Source: Obrimoposthia wandeli
Taxonomy: Eukaryota
Assembly: GCA_977020255.1 (NCBI GenBank)
Contig: CDROCS010004943.1
Coordinates: 310,001 to 374,000, forward strand
Direction of reading: 5' to 3'
DNA length: 64,000 bases
Positions 44,981 through 59,339 of this stretch are shown here, one piece after another. Below the pieces are notes generated by a model, which had not been told where the DNA came from, ran no database searches, and saw nothing but the letters and a program-made list of their open reading frames with translations. The translations under genes were made by a program, and so were the position numbers. The stretch's first letter is position 1, and every line of letters begins with the position of its first letter.

Positions 44981-47888
44981 TTCAACCGCACAAGATGAGG
45001 TTTACTGACGGTGGAAAGTACACGGTCAAAGTCTTGGACTGAAATTAAAAGATTAGGCGCGTAAGATACTTGAATTCCACCAAGAATGAGTTCGTGCAAA
45101 AGGGTGAAAAATCCATATACAAAATTATTTTTGCTTTTCCCTCATCAAAATTATTCTTCCCTTACAAACATACAATTTTTTCATCCCCTCAAATCAAACA
45201 GTATTTTATTAAAAATAAATTATGACTATGAATTTGTTAAATTAGGAAAATTAGTAAATATAAATAAATAATATATTTATATTTAGTGAAAATTTAACCT
45301 AAAAAACAAACAAGGTTAAATTAAAATTAAAATTTAAAATAAGTTTAAAAATAAAATAAATTGAGACCTTGAAGAGGTCATAAAATGTATATTTAAAGAA
45401 CAAAACAATGTAAGAAAAGACAGAGGAAAAACAGAGTCAGTCATAGTAAAAGTAAGAAAGGTCCAAAACTCTATAAATATAGCTATTTATATGTGTCTGC
45501 AAGATTACAGAATCGTCACAATCAGCAAACCTCTAATTTGTATGTAAGCGATTGTTGACATTATCAGTAGACACAGAAGTATCCAACAAAGAGATACGAG
45601 AACCAATTTTAGAAGATAACTCATTCAACCGAGGAGTGAACCACAGAAGAATTGAATTGGAAAAAACCCAAGACACCGGATAAATTACGGTAAAAGACCG
45701 GGAATTTACAGATGTAACCCAAAATGCCTGAAGCAAAGACGAAGATTCAAAACGGCTCGGAGAAAACTCAATCACTTTGAAATTAGTCGGGGTCGATAAC
45801 AAGAGACAAGGAATTACCATCCAAAATTCGTGAGACAACTTGTGTAAAGGTTTTTTTGTGAGAGAATTTGTGAATTAAAAGTAGATACCTTGTGTAAAAA
45901 TAATAAAGATAATTTCATGGGCAAAACAGTTTTATTTGCAGACTTTATGGATAAAGAGTAATTAAGATTGCCTTTCTATAAGTCGAGCTTATTGAGGAAA
46001 TAAAATCAATCTTGACCGACGTGTTTAGGTTTTAATTGGGCAATTAATACTGTAGTCTCATTGTTACTTTGTAGCGAAGCGGCGACTAACGGATTTGTTG
46101 TAGGCTGCATTTAGCGTAAGTGTAACTTGAAAAAATAATATCGAACGAGATCAACATAACCTTTCGGAGACCCTAACCTTTAGGTCGGCCAGGAGCTAAC
46201 CATGTAACGGTGTTCCAAACCCTGATATATACAGAGGAGCATCGTTAAAATCGCTTGGTTCCGTCTTCATATCCACATATTTTCAATCTAGATTTTAACC
46301 AGACCCCTTTGAATTAAACTTCAAACCAGCCTAACCGGCTAAATACCACAATCCTACACTACACCTATATAGGTTAAGGGTCTATATTAGTTATACTCAT
46401 AATAACTCTTTGCATACAGAATCAACGAATAAATAATATCCAAAACCTTCAGATTTGAGACTAGAATACAGGAAAGTAAGAATATGTAGGCCACATCCAT
46501 CTGTAAACCCTATCGCTACAAAACTCACGTTGGGGGCCTCCGTAAGAGGATCTGAAAGTTTCAATTAGAACCCCCAACTAATTTTGTGAATTTTTTAAAA
46601 ATAATTTTCTCTTCTCAAGAAAACAAATCCATCTTCCCATACTGAATTATATATTAAAGATATGCCTCTCTCTGCAAAAATAATTTTTAAAGACAGAAGC
46701 ATTCAGATAACAGAAAATATCATTATGAGTATTTTAATTCAGCGCCATCGTACTCAATCGCCTGTGATGAGTTGGGTGACGCAAATAAAATTGAGCAGAT
46801 AGCGCTGTTGAATAATATATACATTGAACTTCAACAGCTCCACTACAAATCTACAGATGTTTGAATTGTGGTCACATTTTCGAATTATACAATAATCGAT
46901 TAATAAAATATTTCGAAATTTGTTATTTTACTTTTGATTTCTTTTTAATATATATAGAGAATTTTTATTATATCACACATTTTAAAATAAATAAAGCAAT
47001 TTAATAATAGGGTATTTAATATAATTTATATTGAAGTAACTATTGCTTGGAAAATGCTACTTTGTATCTATATTTAATTGATTAAAGTGGATACAAATTC
47101 ACTTGTATGCTAGAGTGGTTTTACGTTAAGATAATGCATTAATTTTAGGGACGAATTGCATCTGTAATAGACTGTTTCATAGCTATATTTCCTTTATTAG
47201 TACTTCATCTTAAAGAGTTCTGTACGATTTTGTTATTCCTCCAGATATTTTGGGACTTCATATTGGAAAGCTTATCAATAGATGTTTGTATTAGAGATCA
47301 GGAGTAGCTAAAGAAATTTCTGTTCTCTTTCAAATTGCATTACTGAGGAAATTAATATTGCATCAAATCTATAACGGAACTCCAAGTGCAATTTAAAGCA
47401 CGGAATCGTAGAACTGTCGGCATCGTAGGCCACAAAATGGGACCGATGTTGCTAACATGAAACCAAAATGCTGGCAAGCGTCAAGAACCCGGACGGGCTT
47501 AACTAATTACCGGAAATTATCAAACAAATAATTATTTGCACTTTAGTACGTAATAAAACAATCCAACACGATTTTGGTTAAATCAAAAAATATGTACAGT
47601 TCAGCGTACTATTTGAAGTCTGCCCACAAAAATTGGAAATAAAATACCCTTCCGTCTTTTCAACTTTTACTTTCAACTATCTAAACTTTACTGACATACT
47701 TGTTTAATTATATATATGTTCAAATTTTATTAGCTTAAATTTTATTTATATGAAAAAAAATAATAAAACTTATTTATTAATATAACCTACAATCATAATT
47801 GTAGAAAATAACTCTTTTCAATACAGTTTCATTTGAGATTTTGATTGTATTTTCAAGGTAATAAACTATTTAACAGTTTTGAATGATA

Positions 47889-47966
47889 AAAATAATATAT
47901 TATAAATTTTTTATCAATTGATATTATTAAATAATATATTATAAATTTTTTATCAATTGATATTAT
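47889..47966. repeat. 39-bp tandem duplication
   Basis: aaataatatattataaattttttatcaattgatattatt occurs twice. Confidence 0.85.
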
Positions 47967-48751
47967 TTCCTTGTTAGTTCCAAATATTTTATAACTTGCT
48001 CATATTTTGTGAAATACTAGGAATAAATATTGTTTAGCTACTTGCAAATGTTAATAAAAACAAACTTTTTTATAATGCACATCGTCTTTCAAGATTGAAA
48101 AATGTTTAATTATAAATGCGAAAATTTTTCCTGGCAAAAGTACATTCTCTTTGGACAGAATTGATGGAAATGTTTATTGTTGGTCTGATAAGCTTAATGT
48201 AATATTTTGGCTTTGTTTACTTTTGTTAATTTATGAAGAATTCAACGGCCAATTAGGAATGTTTTGCTCTATGCTAGAAAATACATATCCCAATTTCTCA
48301 CGAGGAGTAACGGCAATCTTCCTTTAGGTATAATTACAAATACTTACTCCTTTGTTCAAAGTAATAAATATGTCCTTCCAAAAATGGGGTGCCTATCTCA
48401 ATTATTGAAGATGATATATACCAATTTACAACATACAGAATTATAGATGATGCTCACTTAAACATTTACAAACTAAATTAATCCTTTTTGGAATTTTTAA
48501 GAATACTATGTTTCAAATTAAGTTGTACAGATTTGAGGTTCTTTAAGCGTATTCTGCTTGATAAATCGCTCTTTTTTTGTAAAATTGAGTATAACTAAAA
48601 TACAATAAAAAACCTTCGTAGATTTGATGTCCTAAATTCAGAATACGAAATGATTATAAAATATCATTCTAATTGAAATAGCAAAACACACTTGCGGAAA
48701 AAGCAACGAAAACGATACATTGATGCAATCATGGATTATTGGAGGTCATAT

Positions 48752-49295
48752 TAACGCATATTTAAAAGCATCCGTTGTAGCAGATGTCAGGAAGTATCAC
48801 ACAACAGGGATAACGTATGTATATCATTGATCATATATCATTCAGCGAAAAAAGAAATAATCTATTGTGTTTTTGTGTGTTTGTAAAATTTATTGATTTT
48901 CATTAATGTCGGAGCTAACAATTTATATTTAACTATTTTATAAATAACAAAATGTTAGTCGATATCAAAATTACACTACTTTTAAATAGTAGTATTTATT
49001 TAATACTTAAATAATTATATTAACGCATATTTAAAAGCATCCGTTGTAGCAGATGTCAGGAAGTATCACACAACAGGGATAACGTATGTATATCATTGAT
49101 CATATATCATTCAGCGAAAAAAGAAATAATCTATTGTGTTTTTGTGTGTTTGTAAAATTTATTGATTTTCATTAATGTCGGAGCTAACAATTTATATTTA
49201 ACTATTTTTATAAATAACAAAATGTTAGTCGATATCAAAATTACACTACTTTTAAATAGTAGTATTTATTTAATACTTAAATAATTATATTAACG
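48752..49295. repeat. 269-bp tandem duplication, apparently identical copies
   Basis: Units start at 48752 and 49021, with atattaacg microhomology at the junctions. Confidence 0.92.
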
Positions 49296-50254
49296 TAAAA
49301 TGAATATATTCACAAGCAGATTGCTATAGATGATGTACTGTTTTTTCAATTTAAGATGACTTTGTGTATATCATAAATAATGACATGTTTCATTAAATGT
49401 GACTACAGTTGTACAGAAACTTTATTTAAACATTTCTCTATACCTTACACATCAAATAGCATTTTCTCTCTTTGGGTATTAATCCTACTGAAGCAAGGAA
49501 GATTGCTGGAGTGCTTACTTCTCAACCGGAAGACATTTTCGAAGACACTTCCAGCGCGTGTGACCGGAAATGTTTTCTCAAGGCTTAGTGGAACCTGTTG
49601 AGAACAAGAGCCAGCCTTAGGAAACTGCGAGTCTCTATATAGTGAAAATATGGATCACAAGATATATTGGTAAATTTGCGTTGAAGAAGTTGAATGAATA
49701 ATCATGAATTGTAGTATTAAATATCCAAAGACAAAAACACCATGTAAATATTTATTGGTATTTAATGAAAAGTCGAAAATAATTCAACTAGTCGACATAA
49801 AATTCCTAATTGATGATAAACAAAAGTGGGAACAGACATTCAATGTGTTCTACCTGGATTATCGAGTTTCACTTGATACCTTGCATATTAATTCCAGAGT
49901 TTGATAAAGATTAATAATCACTCTTTTAATGATTAAAGACACTACACAACTCCCATCTATGTGAAAGTTAAAGTTCACTCTTATCAGTTAAGGAATATAT
50001 TACGTAATAACACACAAACTATTATATGGGAAAATTTAGGCTAAAGTTCACTATTGTCAGTTAAGGAATGTTTTACGTAATAATACACACACTATTCTAT
50101 GTGAAGATTTTGATCAAAGTCTTTTTATGCATCTAAAGAATTATGATAAAATTTCTGTAAATAAATTAAATTATATAGTAAAATCAAAATAAAATAAGAA
50201 AGAAGTCAGATAATAATACAAAATTGAACACATTTATTATGTAATTTCATAATG

Positions 50255-51660
50255 TCCATAAGCGCGGTTTCTATTTTTCTCGATCCAATAGCGTTTGTCG
50301 TCTGATGAGATGAGAGCAGTCTTTTGTATAATGATTGTGTATAGCTGGTGATTTATTGTTCCAAACTTCTTTCGTGGTATAGTATATGCATTACCGTTTT
50401 CATACACGTATAAATATGTTTGGTGTACAACCGTTGATCCCTTAAAATTTACTCATTTTGCTTTATTATTTTCAAAGTCATCTTCAAACTTAAGTGAATA
50501 ACATTTACAAAGTAAGAAAATCCATTCTTTATACATTCTTCCTTTCGATTCTTCTTTAAATAATCCTATTTTACTATTAAAATCATTAGAATATAACGGA
50601 TCATTCACATTATAATTTGACGTATCTAATGCTCCATCTGCAATCATTTGTTGCAACAACTGATTTCTTAAATTAACACATTTGCATTCTAAAAAGAACG
50701 AATCAGTATCTCCGACAACTATATTAATTGAACAATTAAAAATTATCTATAATTTTGTAAATCATGATACTGAAGAGTATACATTCATAATTTGTTAAGG
50801 TCTAGTACGGCTTGGCCTATATAATTTGGTCGATCGAGACAAATAAAGTATTTTCTTAATAAAGCAGCTATTAAATTATCATGAATTTCAATTGATCGTT
50901 GAAACATAAGTTTGCTAGTATATGTGATTAATTTTGTAGAACTAGTGCAGATGCGAAGATTCAACCGTTTCTTAACATTTTCAACGGTATTTCCATACAA
51001 ACTAACATTTTTAAGTTTATAAAAATCTTTGTCACATTTATTCGTTGCTTGTGATCTCATTTCTGAATTATATTCTATATATTCTGCGAATATCTTAGCC
51101 TGAGAGAATTTTACTGCTCGATGAATAATTGTTACCACTGCTCCTAAACTAACGTACATCTGCAATAGTCTCCAATGATTAACGTAATGACCTTTTGGTG
51201 AATGTGTCATTAAAAGTTTTTCAAAAATTTACCAGGAGGACATTTCTTTTCTGGAGCTATAGGTAGTTCGCCTAAAATGTCATAAAGGTTTTCCGGTATT
51301 ATCAAGTCTACCCCCATAACATGACCATATTCAATATGTTCCATGTTCATATTTTTCATTTCATGCAATATTTCGTTTAATTTATATCATCAAGAATCTA
51401 TGCAAAATCTCATTTGGGTAAAAGTTGATCAAGAGCCCATCCATATAAACTATTAACATCTATGTATAAAAGACTCGTTTCTTCATCAGCAACTACATGA
51501 TGCTTATTGACAAATGTCATTCCTTCACGTATACCTGAAGAAATCATGTACATTTCAGGATCTTGCATCAGTTTAACCTTATGTATTAACATTAGCACTT
51601 GCCCAGCTCAACCCAGGAATGCTTAAGGGTTAAGTGATTCTAAACCATCTTTGCTGAGAG
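50255..51660 (-). pseudogene. Polinton pPolB polymerase domain (C-terminal half)
   Basis: GIREGM..LLYIDVNSLYGWAL (motif A), FYKLKNVSLYGNTVEN (motif B), YIGQAVLDL, VGDTDSFF (motif C), IGLFKEE, SDDKR. Confidence 0.93.
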
Positions 51661-51859
51661 TTTTTCTTCTGAATGTTTTATTTAAAATTTACTGAAAGCT
51701 TCGTCCATAAATTATAATATCAAATCTTTAATTATATGGTTTTATATGTAAATAAATCAAATTATGTACATATTCGATTATCAACTTAATACTTCTATTT
51801 ATTATTTGACTTTCTAAAATAACTAAAATGTCTTGTAAGAACACATAAAATTAATTATC

Positions 51860-53830
51860 GATTGTATGAATTAATACAATAATGAATGCAAATACAAGTA
51901 AGAGTTTTAGCAAGTGAATGCAAGTATAAATGCAAGTGAATGCAAATACAAGTAAGAGTCTTAGCAAGTGAATGTAATTGAAAAAATAAGAGTGTCGAGA
52001 GTTTGATGGAATGCGAGTGTAATTTAGACTATCAGTAAATTAAAATAGAGTTTTCGTATGAATAAAAGTTATATTAAATGTCAGTTAGATTACTTACAAG
52101 TAAGCAACTATAAGAAGCAGTGATACTGAATTATGTTAAAAGTTAGAACTTAGAACGACTAAGTTTCAGCGAGATTAATAGAAATCAACACTAAGTTCGA
52201 AGGTATGAATGAAAATTAGTAAAATATGTATTTGAATGTATTTGAATGTAATTGAATGATAGTTTGAATAAATGACAGTTAGATTGAATGTAAATGAATG
52301 CAAGTATGATTGAATGCAGCTACAAGTACAAGTAAGAAAGAATTCGATTGCAAGTACGAATGACAATTATTATTGAAAATTAGTAAATATATTAATGAAT
52401 TTGAATGCTAGTTTAAATAAATGAGAGTTAGAATGAATGTAAATGAATGCAGGTATGAATGTAAGTGAATGCAAGTATGAATGCAAATACAAGTAAGAAT
52501 CTTTGCAAGTGAATCTAAAACTGCAAGTGAGTACTAGCTAATTATTAAATTAATACTATCAATCAATGAAGATGCAGCTACAAGTACAAGTAAGAAAGAA
52601 TTCGATTGCAAGTACGAATGACAATTATTATTGAAAATTAGTAAATATATTAATGAATTTGAATGCTAGTTTAAATAAATGAGAGTTAGAATGAATGTAA
52701 ATGAATGCAGGTATGAATGTAAGTGAATGCAAGTATGAATGCAAATACAAGTAAGAATCTTTGCAAGTGAATCTAAAACTGCAAGTGAGTACTAGCTAAT
52801 TATTAAATTAATACTATCAATCAATGAAGATGATGTAACAACCTGATGAAGTTATAATAATTAAGATGTGAACTTTCATATTTTCACATAGTTTACCTCC
52901 ATGTTAAAGTTAACCTTTCATACACTTTGACGGTATGAGTGAAAATTAGTAAAATATAATGTATTTGAATGATAGTTTGAATAAATGAGAGTTAGAATGA
53001 ATGTAAATAAATGCAAGTATGAATGTAAGTATGAAAGCAAGTGAATGCAAATACAAGTAAGAATCTTAGCAAGTGAATGTAATTGAAAAAAATAAGAGTG
53101 TCGAGAGTTTGATTGAATGTGAGTGTAATTTAGTAAATTAAAAGTGAGTTTTCTTATGAATAAAAGTTATATTAAGTAACAGTAGATTAATAACAAGTAA
53201 GCAACTATAAGAAGCAGTGATACGGAATTATGTCAAAAGTTAGAACAACTAAGTTTCAGCGATATTAATAGAAAACAACACAAAGTTTGAGGGTATTAAT
53301 GAAAAATAGAAAAAAAATTAATGTATTTGAATGTATTTGAAGGAAAGTTTGAATAAATGAGAGTTAAATTGAATATGAATGAATGCAGCTACAAGTACAA
53401 GTAAGAAAGAATACGATTGCAAGTACGAATGTCAAGTACAAGTATGAATGAAAATTAGTAAAATATTATTGAATATTAATGAATTTGAATGCTAATTTGA
53501 ATAATGAGAGTTAGAATGAATATATATGAATGCAAGTATGAATGCAAGTGAATGTGAATACAAGAGTCTTAGCAAGTGAATATAAAACTGCAAGTGTGAA
53601 ACATTGACAGTGTAAGTAATTGAAAAAAAAGAGTGTTGAGAGTAAGATTGAATGTGAGTGTAATTTAGACTATTTAAATTAAAATAGAGTTTTCGTATTT
53701 ATAAAAGTTATGTTAAGTTACAGTAAGATTAATAACAAGTAATCAACTGTAAGAAGCAGTGATACTGAGTTATGTTAAAAGTTAGAACGACTAAGTTACA
53801 GCGAGATTACTACGAAACAACACTATGTTT
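51860..53830. repeat. GAATGCAAGT-type array with higher-order units, including a 258-bp exact duplication (52315/52573)
   Basis: Same blocks as 18400-19700. Period read directly from the tgcagctacaagtac starts. Confidence 0.88.
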
Positions 53831-54442
53831 AATGGTATGAATGAAAATAATGTGAGTAAAACTATAGACAAGTAAGTTATTAGAAATGTATGATTGAAAG
53901 TAAATGTAAATTACAATGTAAATAAATGAGTTAGAGATTATGGTTGAAAATGATGTTAGTAATTATGGTTGAAAATTATGCTAAGTAATACATTCTTTAA
54001 CTGATAAGAGTGAACTTTAACTCTCACATATAATAATTGATTGAATACTATAGATTTCCATAACTTATGACAAATCTGACCCTTACCTTGTGAACGACCA
54101 TAAAAATATTTACATGATTAAATCGTAATATGGTGACAAATAAAACCATGTACTTAAAACTATGAAATTCCAACTTTTGTTAACCCTTCATCTATGGACG
54201 ACTATACCTTTATGGATGAATTCGTCTTCTAAAGCTGATTCCAAACATGTTTTCAAACCTTGTCATTTAAAACTTGATTTTGTCTTTAGCCCCACCCTTG
54301 ATTTATGGACGTCATTTCAAAAGGAAAACTATGTAATATATTAAAGAGGCATCAAATTATACGAGTTATGAATCCTGTGAAAATATCAAAAGTGGAGAAT
54401 AAATATCTCATATAAATTTTAACAACATCTGATATTGATCAA

Positions 54443-54676
54443 TTGAAAAATAGTTTGGGATTTTACATTCCTGATTATGTATATGAAGGAAATTCTTTCC
54501 AGCTGGAAACTGATCCCAGTCTGGATTTTAAAGATGATCTAGGATATTTGATTGCTCCAATTCTAGATGAAGAACTATGGAATATCTCAATACATCTCAA
54601 TGGATATTTTGCTGATGACGGGAAAATGCAGCCTCTTTGGACTTTGAGTGAAGCCAATATGTTGTTTTTTGTTTAA
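54443..54676 (+). CDS. Hypothetical 77-aa ORF inside the nested insertion
   Basis: Protein-like acidic/aromatic composition. Non-ATG start and no recognised family. Confidence 0.3.
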   Translation: MKNSLGFYIPDYVYEGNSFQLETDPSLDFKDDLGYLIAPILDEELWNISIHLNGYFADDGKMQPLWTLSEANMLFFV

Positions 54677-54699
54677 TAAATATTTTGAAAAATAATTTT

Positions 54700-55094
54700 G
54701 ACTTGTATTTTGTTTTTTCTCCTCTAAATTATACAGATCTAATTTTCTCTTATAAATCTGACCTAAATATTTAACATGTAGTAATCTAAAATCTTTCATA
54801 AAAATAGTAGTAATATATTGACATTTGAAATCTCGTCTGCGATAAGCCGCCGGGGCCGATATGAATTCCCGTGGTCTTCTCTAACCACTTTCGAGATTCG
54901 CGGTAAATTTCAAAGTACAATTTTAACAAATGGGGGGGACCCTTTCCCTTCCTATTCGATGCTTTTTCAAAAAAAATTCTCTACACACATACTCAAAATT
55001 TCACTTCACACACATGCACGGTTTTAAAGGACAGTGGTACCCCCTCCCCCGGGGGAGGGGAAGGGGTGGATTAGACCGGACACATCCACCTACT
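54700..55094 (-). mobile_element. Polinton subfamily-2 left end inserted into the subfamily-1 TIR
   Basis: Reverse complement of 39922-40370. The terminus ...cacatccacctact at 55094 abuts aaccatag of the subfamily-1 repeat unit. Confidence 0.85.
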
Positions 55095-57769
55095 AACCAT
55101 AGTTAACCTCAATTATACCTTCAAACATACAAGTCAAAACTGAGCCCGACCCTTTGATTTATGGACGACCACAACCCTTTAGATGTAATAGCCAACCATA
55201 ATTGACCTCAATTATACCTTCAAACCTTCAAGTCAAAACTCTGCCTGACCCTTTAAATTATGGACGACCACAACCATTTAGTGGTTGACCATAAGAAGGA
55301 TGGAGACTAGATCACTTGACCCCTCCCTTCTCTCCTCTATCATAATCTTTCTGAGCAAGACCTTTATGCTGAGACAAAACACCCTTATGGCGAGGCAACA
55401 TATACCATTATGGTGTGACACCCTTATGATGTGACATCCTTTAACATTGTGTGCGCACAAGGGGGCAAGTGATCTAGACTCCATTCTTCTACTTACTATA
55501 AACCATTGAGATAGTTCTCATCGTTACCGTTTTCTTAGTTAGCTTGTAGATTAAAGATAATTGCATGTGTGTTTTGTGCAGTAAAGGCTCCGCATATATG
55601 GGGAATTTGATTCAAATATAATCCGAGATTCTCACTAGAAATCAGTGGGGAAAACATTTGACATTAACGGTTTACATCTCTTATCAAAAATCGCTTCAAT
55701 GAGATGTCAAAAATGACGCTATTTAGCGGTTGTTCATGAAATCCCTTTTGACATTGGTTAGCAGTATATAGGCAGTATAATTGGAAATCTGATGAGTTGT
55801 CAGATATAAAGAGTTTTTTAATAGTATAACGAATTTGATCTCATCATGCCGTTTCTCCCTTTAAAAGCATCCTATAATATAAGAGACTTACCTAAATAAC
55901 TTAACTCGACAATTTCGATTTGATGGTTTCTTTATTTTTATAGGATATTCCTATCAAAGGTTTCAAAAATAAAATATATTATTGGAATATCATTTTATTA
56001 AACACCTTTTTTTTCTTGTAATTTATATAAATGATTCGTTATTTTATTTAGTATCAAATTTATTGTACAACGTTACTTTGTCAATTGTACGAATATTAAT
56101 TATTTTAGCTATAATAATTATATTTGAATGAGTTTTTTTAATTTACTTTAATTATCTTTCTGAATTTGAATTTAAAATATTTCCATTTGATAAAAAAGTT
56201 ATAAATTATTTTGTTTGAACATTATTGTTCAATAAAGACTTAATTATTATACATTTTTGAACTTCAACAAAATATCGTACAAATAATATACCAGTTTTCC
56301 TGATTATTTTAAAAGAAATTTAACACAGTGTATTTCTTCGCCAACGCGATATATAACAGTGGCTATAAGAAACTTTGCGAAACATAATAGAAATAAACAA
56401 AGTGGCGGCAAACATTGAGGGTTGTGAAAGACTCAACTTGTCAAATATCTGTGCGCAGTCATTACATATCCAAATCGATCATTCTGTGAAATATTTAATA
56501 TTTAATTAATCTGCCAATGAAAGTCACTGTTTCAAAATTTATGAGTTTCAGCTTACTATCGAGGTATTCTGTAGCAAATTCGTATATCTAACAAACTGTT
56601 TTCCCTATTTCAGCTTCCTGAACACTAATTAGTAAAGTGATACATAAAAAATTCAGATTTTACTGCATAGTTCTCAGAGGGAATTCTGATAAACAATTCA
56701 AATACATTTCCATTTATGTTCTTGTTTAAAAGTAAACTGTTCAACTCACGTTTAACAATTTTTCAAAAAAAACTCACATTTTTTTATTAAACTTTCCTTT
56801 TTAATATTATGAATATGAAACAAATTTTAATAATCTTATAAAAATATCGTATCTAAATTTTCGAAGTTAATATTGTAAATTTGTATTGATAGAAATTCAA
56901 GCAGAAATGCAAACTTGATCAAGAATTGTCAGTTTAACCTTTTGAGTGTACAATTGAATCTTTATTGTATGATTTTTATATGATTAAAAAATTCAAATAA
57001 AAAACAAATATAGACCGGCATTGGGGGATATTTCTTTATATAGCAAACTATTGATAGTTTATATTGATTTGCATGGAAAATGGATTATTCAATTGTAAAA
57101 CAATTGCTGTGTAAATGTTTATTAAAGTATCTTTCGTAAGATTATGTATAATTTCTATTTCAATATCTACATGACATTTTATTTAATTTGTCCCTCATTT
57201 TAGAGCCGAATAATATTATATGTTCTCTAATTTTCTTAATCAAACTTAGACATTATTATTTTCCGAATATTAAAGTTTTCGTTAGCTTCTTGCTTTTTTC
57301 AACATTGTGAACATTTCTGGTCTTTGTTATTGGATTTCTATCTGTTTGTTGTGTGAGAATTTCTTAACCAATCTGCAGTCATCATCGGTGCCCCAAATAT
57401 GCACCAGGATGGAGAAGATCAGGCATATATTTGGGCTTTTTTGAGAATACATTTTTCGATCATATGTAGGATCTTGAATTCAATGACTGCCCTTTTCATT
57501 AATTTGAATATAACTCTTACAGCTTTGTTTAAAATATTTAAAATCGATTTCTACATTCGAGTCACACAATTTAACCAGAATACCTAGTGAGTCATTTAAG
57601 TAAGCATACCAGGCAATAAGGCAATGAACCAAACCACAAAGAAAAAAAATATTGATATATATCTATATTTGTCTAGAACTACCGATGATGTCTAAATATG
57701 TCACGTTTATAGTATGATATTTTACTTTTCTTATTCCAATTTTTATTATTTTACGTCTTATTCAGATGC

Positions 57770-58110
57770 ATAGAAACCGGGACTGAGAGGTTCGAGCACG
57801 ATATGTTGCCTCTGGTGGACCTTTACCTGATACATGTGCAGACACCATTCCTTTAGAACTGATTCAGAGGAATGAGGTTCCACAAGAGGGACTTCCTCTC
57901 ATTAATGGTGAGATGCAAGAGTAAGTTCGGTTGTGTCGTGAGGCGAGCAGGAAGTCGCCGAACATGTCTTCCTCAAGTGTATAATAACAGTAACTAAGAG
58001 GTTTGAGCACGATTTGTTGTCTCTGGTGGACCTTTACCTGGCACAGGGCTTCGACACATGGCTTGAACAACAACATGGCCATGTTAAAGATAACTCTGAT
58101 TGTTTCGCAC
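57770..58110 (+). other. GC-elevated coding-like island with internal 45-bp duplication
   Basis: gagaggttcgagcacgat..ctctggtggacctttacctg at about 57786 and 57995 (RFEHD(M/L)L.LVDLYL). Flanked by ttcag and gtaagt. Confidence 0.35.
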
Positions 58111-58254
58111 AACTTTAAGCTTCTTTGGTGTTCTATCTGGTACAGCTTGTAAAAGAATGGGATTAGTTAGATTGCTTAGAAATGGGCTTCAGGGTTTGTT
58201 TTAATCTATAATGTATGGCTCTTATTAAATATTCAACATAAGACCAAGACTGAC

Positions 58255-58441
58255 TTGCACTCGTAACGATTGAGGGTCTCCTGTACATACTGGTAGTACT
58301 GGTTGGGACTGGAATGCTTGGCGCGGGACTTGTTTCCGAGTGCGTTTATGGTCTCCTTCACCGTTGACGACTTCAGCTTCGCACACATGTTAGCCTGAGC
58401 TTCCTGCTTTAACAAGCAGTCGTTTTTGTGGAAGTTGAACA
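58255..58441 (-). other. Candidate orphan exon (187 nt), GC-rich
   Basis: Acceptor gttcttgcag| and donor |gtcagt flank an open frame FNFHKNDCLLKQEAQANMC...RYEC. Confidence 0.3.
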
Positions 58442-59339
58442 CTGCAAGAACGACACAGATTGTGAGTCGGAATTGGGTACAACAACACAAAATTATTAGT
58501 TTATTAAAAACGTTGAAAGTTTATTTAATTAGAACTAATATAATTCATTATATTATAAATGAACATTAAATACAACAACAAAATAATTCAGTTAAGGTAA
58601 TATTTAATTTTTCATCATGTTAATTCCCTGACAGACAAAATGCGTACTAATAAAACCATTGTTCCAATTCAAAAATGAAGACAAAACAAGTCTATAAAAT
58701 TTTAAACCGATTTCAAACCTCTCATGACCGTCGAAAGTTCTTGAAAATTTAATTTCGATACAGTTAAATAGTTTTTTAGAAAAAAATAATTTTCTACCGA
58801 TTAAAATAAGTTAAACAACGTTATCACTCAACTGAACCTGTGTTGCTGAGTGTAAAAATTTTAATATGTGTTCATAGCTTACTTATCTGCAGCGTTTGAT
58901 ACCATTAATCAGGAAATATTGATAAAAGATTTGAAAAATATTGGAATTAATAGGAAAGAGCTGAATTGGTTGAAAGGATCTTTACCTTTGTTATAATTGA
59001 CAGCACTTTCTCAGATTCTGATTATTTAAAATACAGTGTTTCTTAGGATTTGATTTTAGGTTCAATTCTATTCTGATGACATACGACTTTATATTGATTT
59101 TGAGTAAAATGACAATGAAATCAAATTTTCTAAATTGGGAAATTTATTAATGAGATATAGCTTTATGGATGAAATTACGACAATTGAAGATAAATGAAAA
59201 TAAATTGAGGCTACATAATTTTGATATAAGAATGATATAAACCGTATCAAACAAAAAAAAGAGTTTCATACATATTGGTGAAAATATTAATAATTCGAAA
59301 ACTAAAACATTAACATCAAAACGATTTATTAATAAGAAA

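Larger units (their letters stand above)
49960..55497. mobile_element. Polinton subfamily-1 derivative (left tip missing, right end intact) with nested subfamily-2 end
   Basis: Subterminal sequence matching 18080-18297, pPolB 3' half, repeat array, inverted subterminal region 53990-54310, and TIR 55095-55497 ending ...ttctacttact. Confidence 0.85.

Noticed and set aside
45500-45840. Retroelement coding remnant
   Set aside because: The plus-strand frame looks protein-like but has stops and no recognisable motif. The listed minus-strand ORF is probably its shadow.
17451-55497. One giant 38-kb Polinton bounded by the two intact subfamily-1 termini
   Set aside because: The flanks differ (GACATC versus ATATAA, no TSD), the stem arms are of different sequence variants, and further TIR pieces lie in between.
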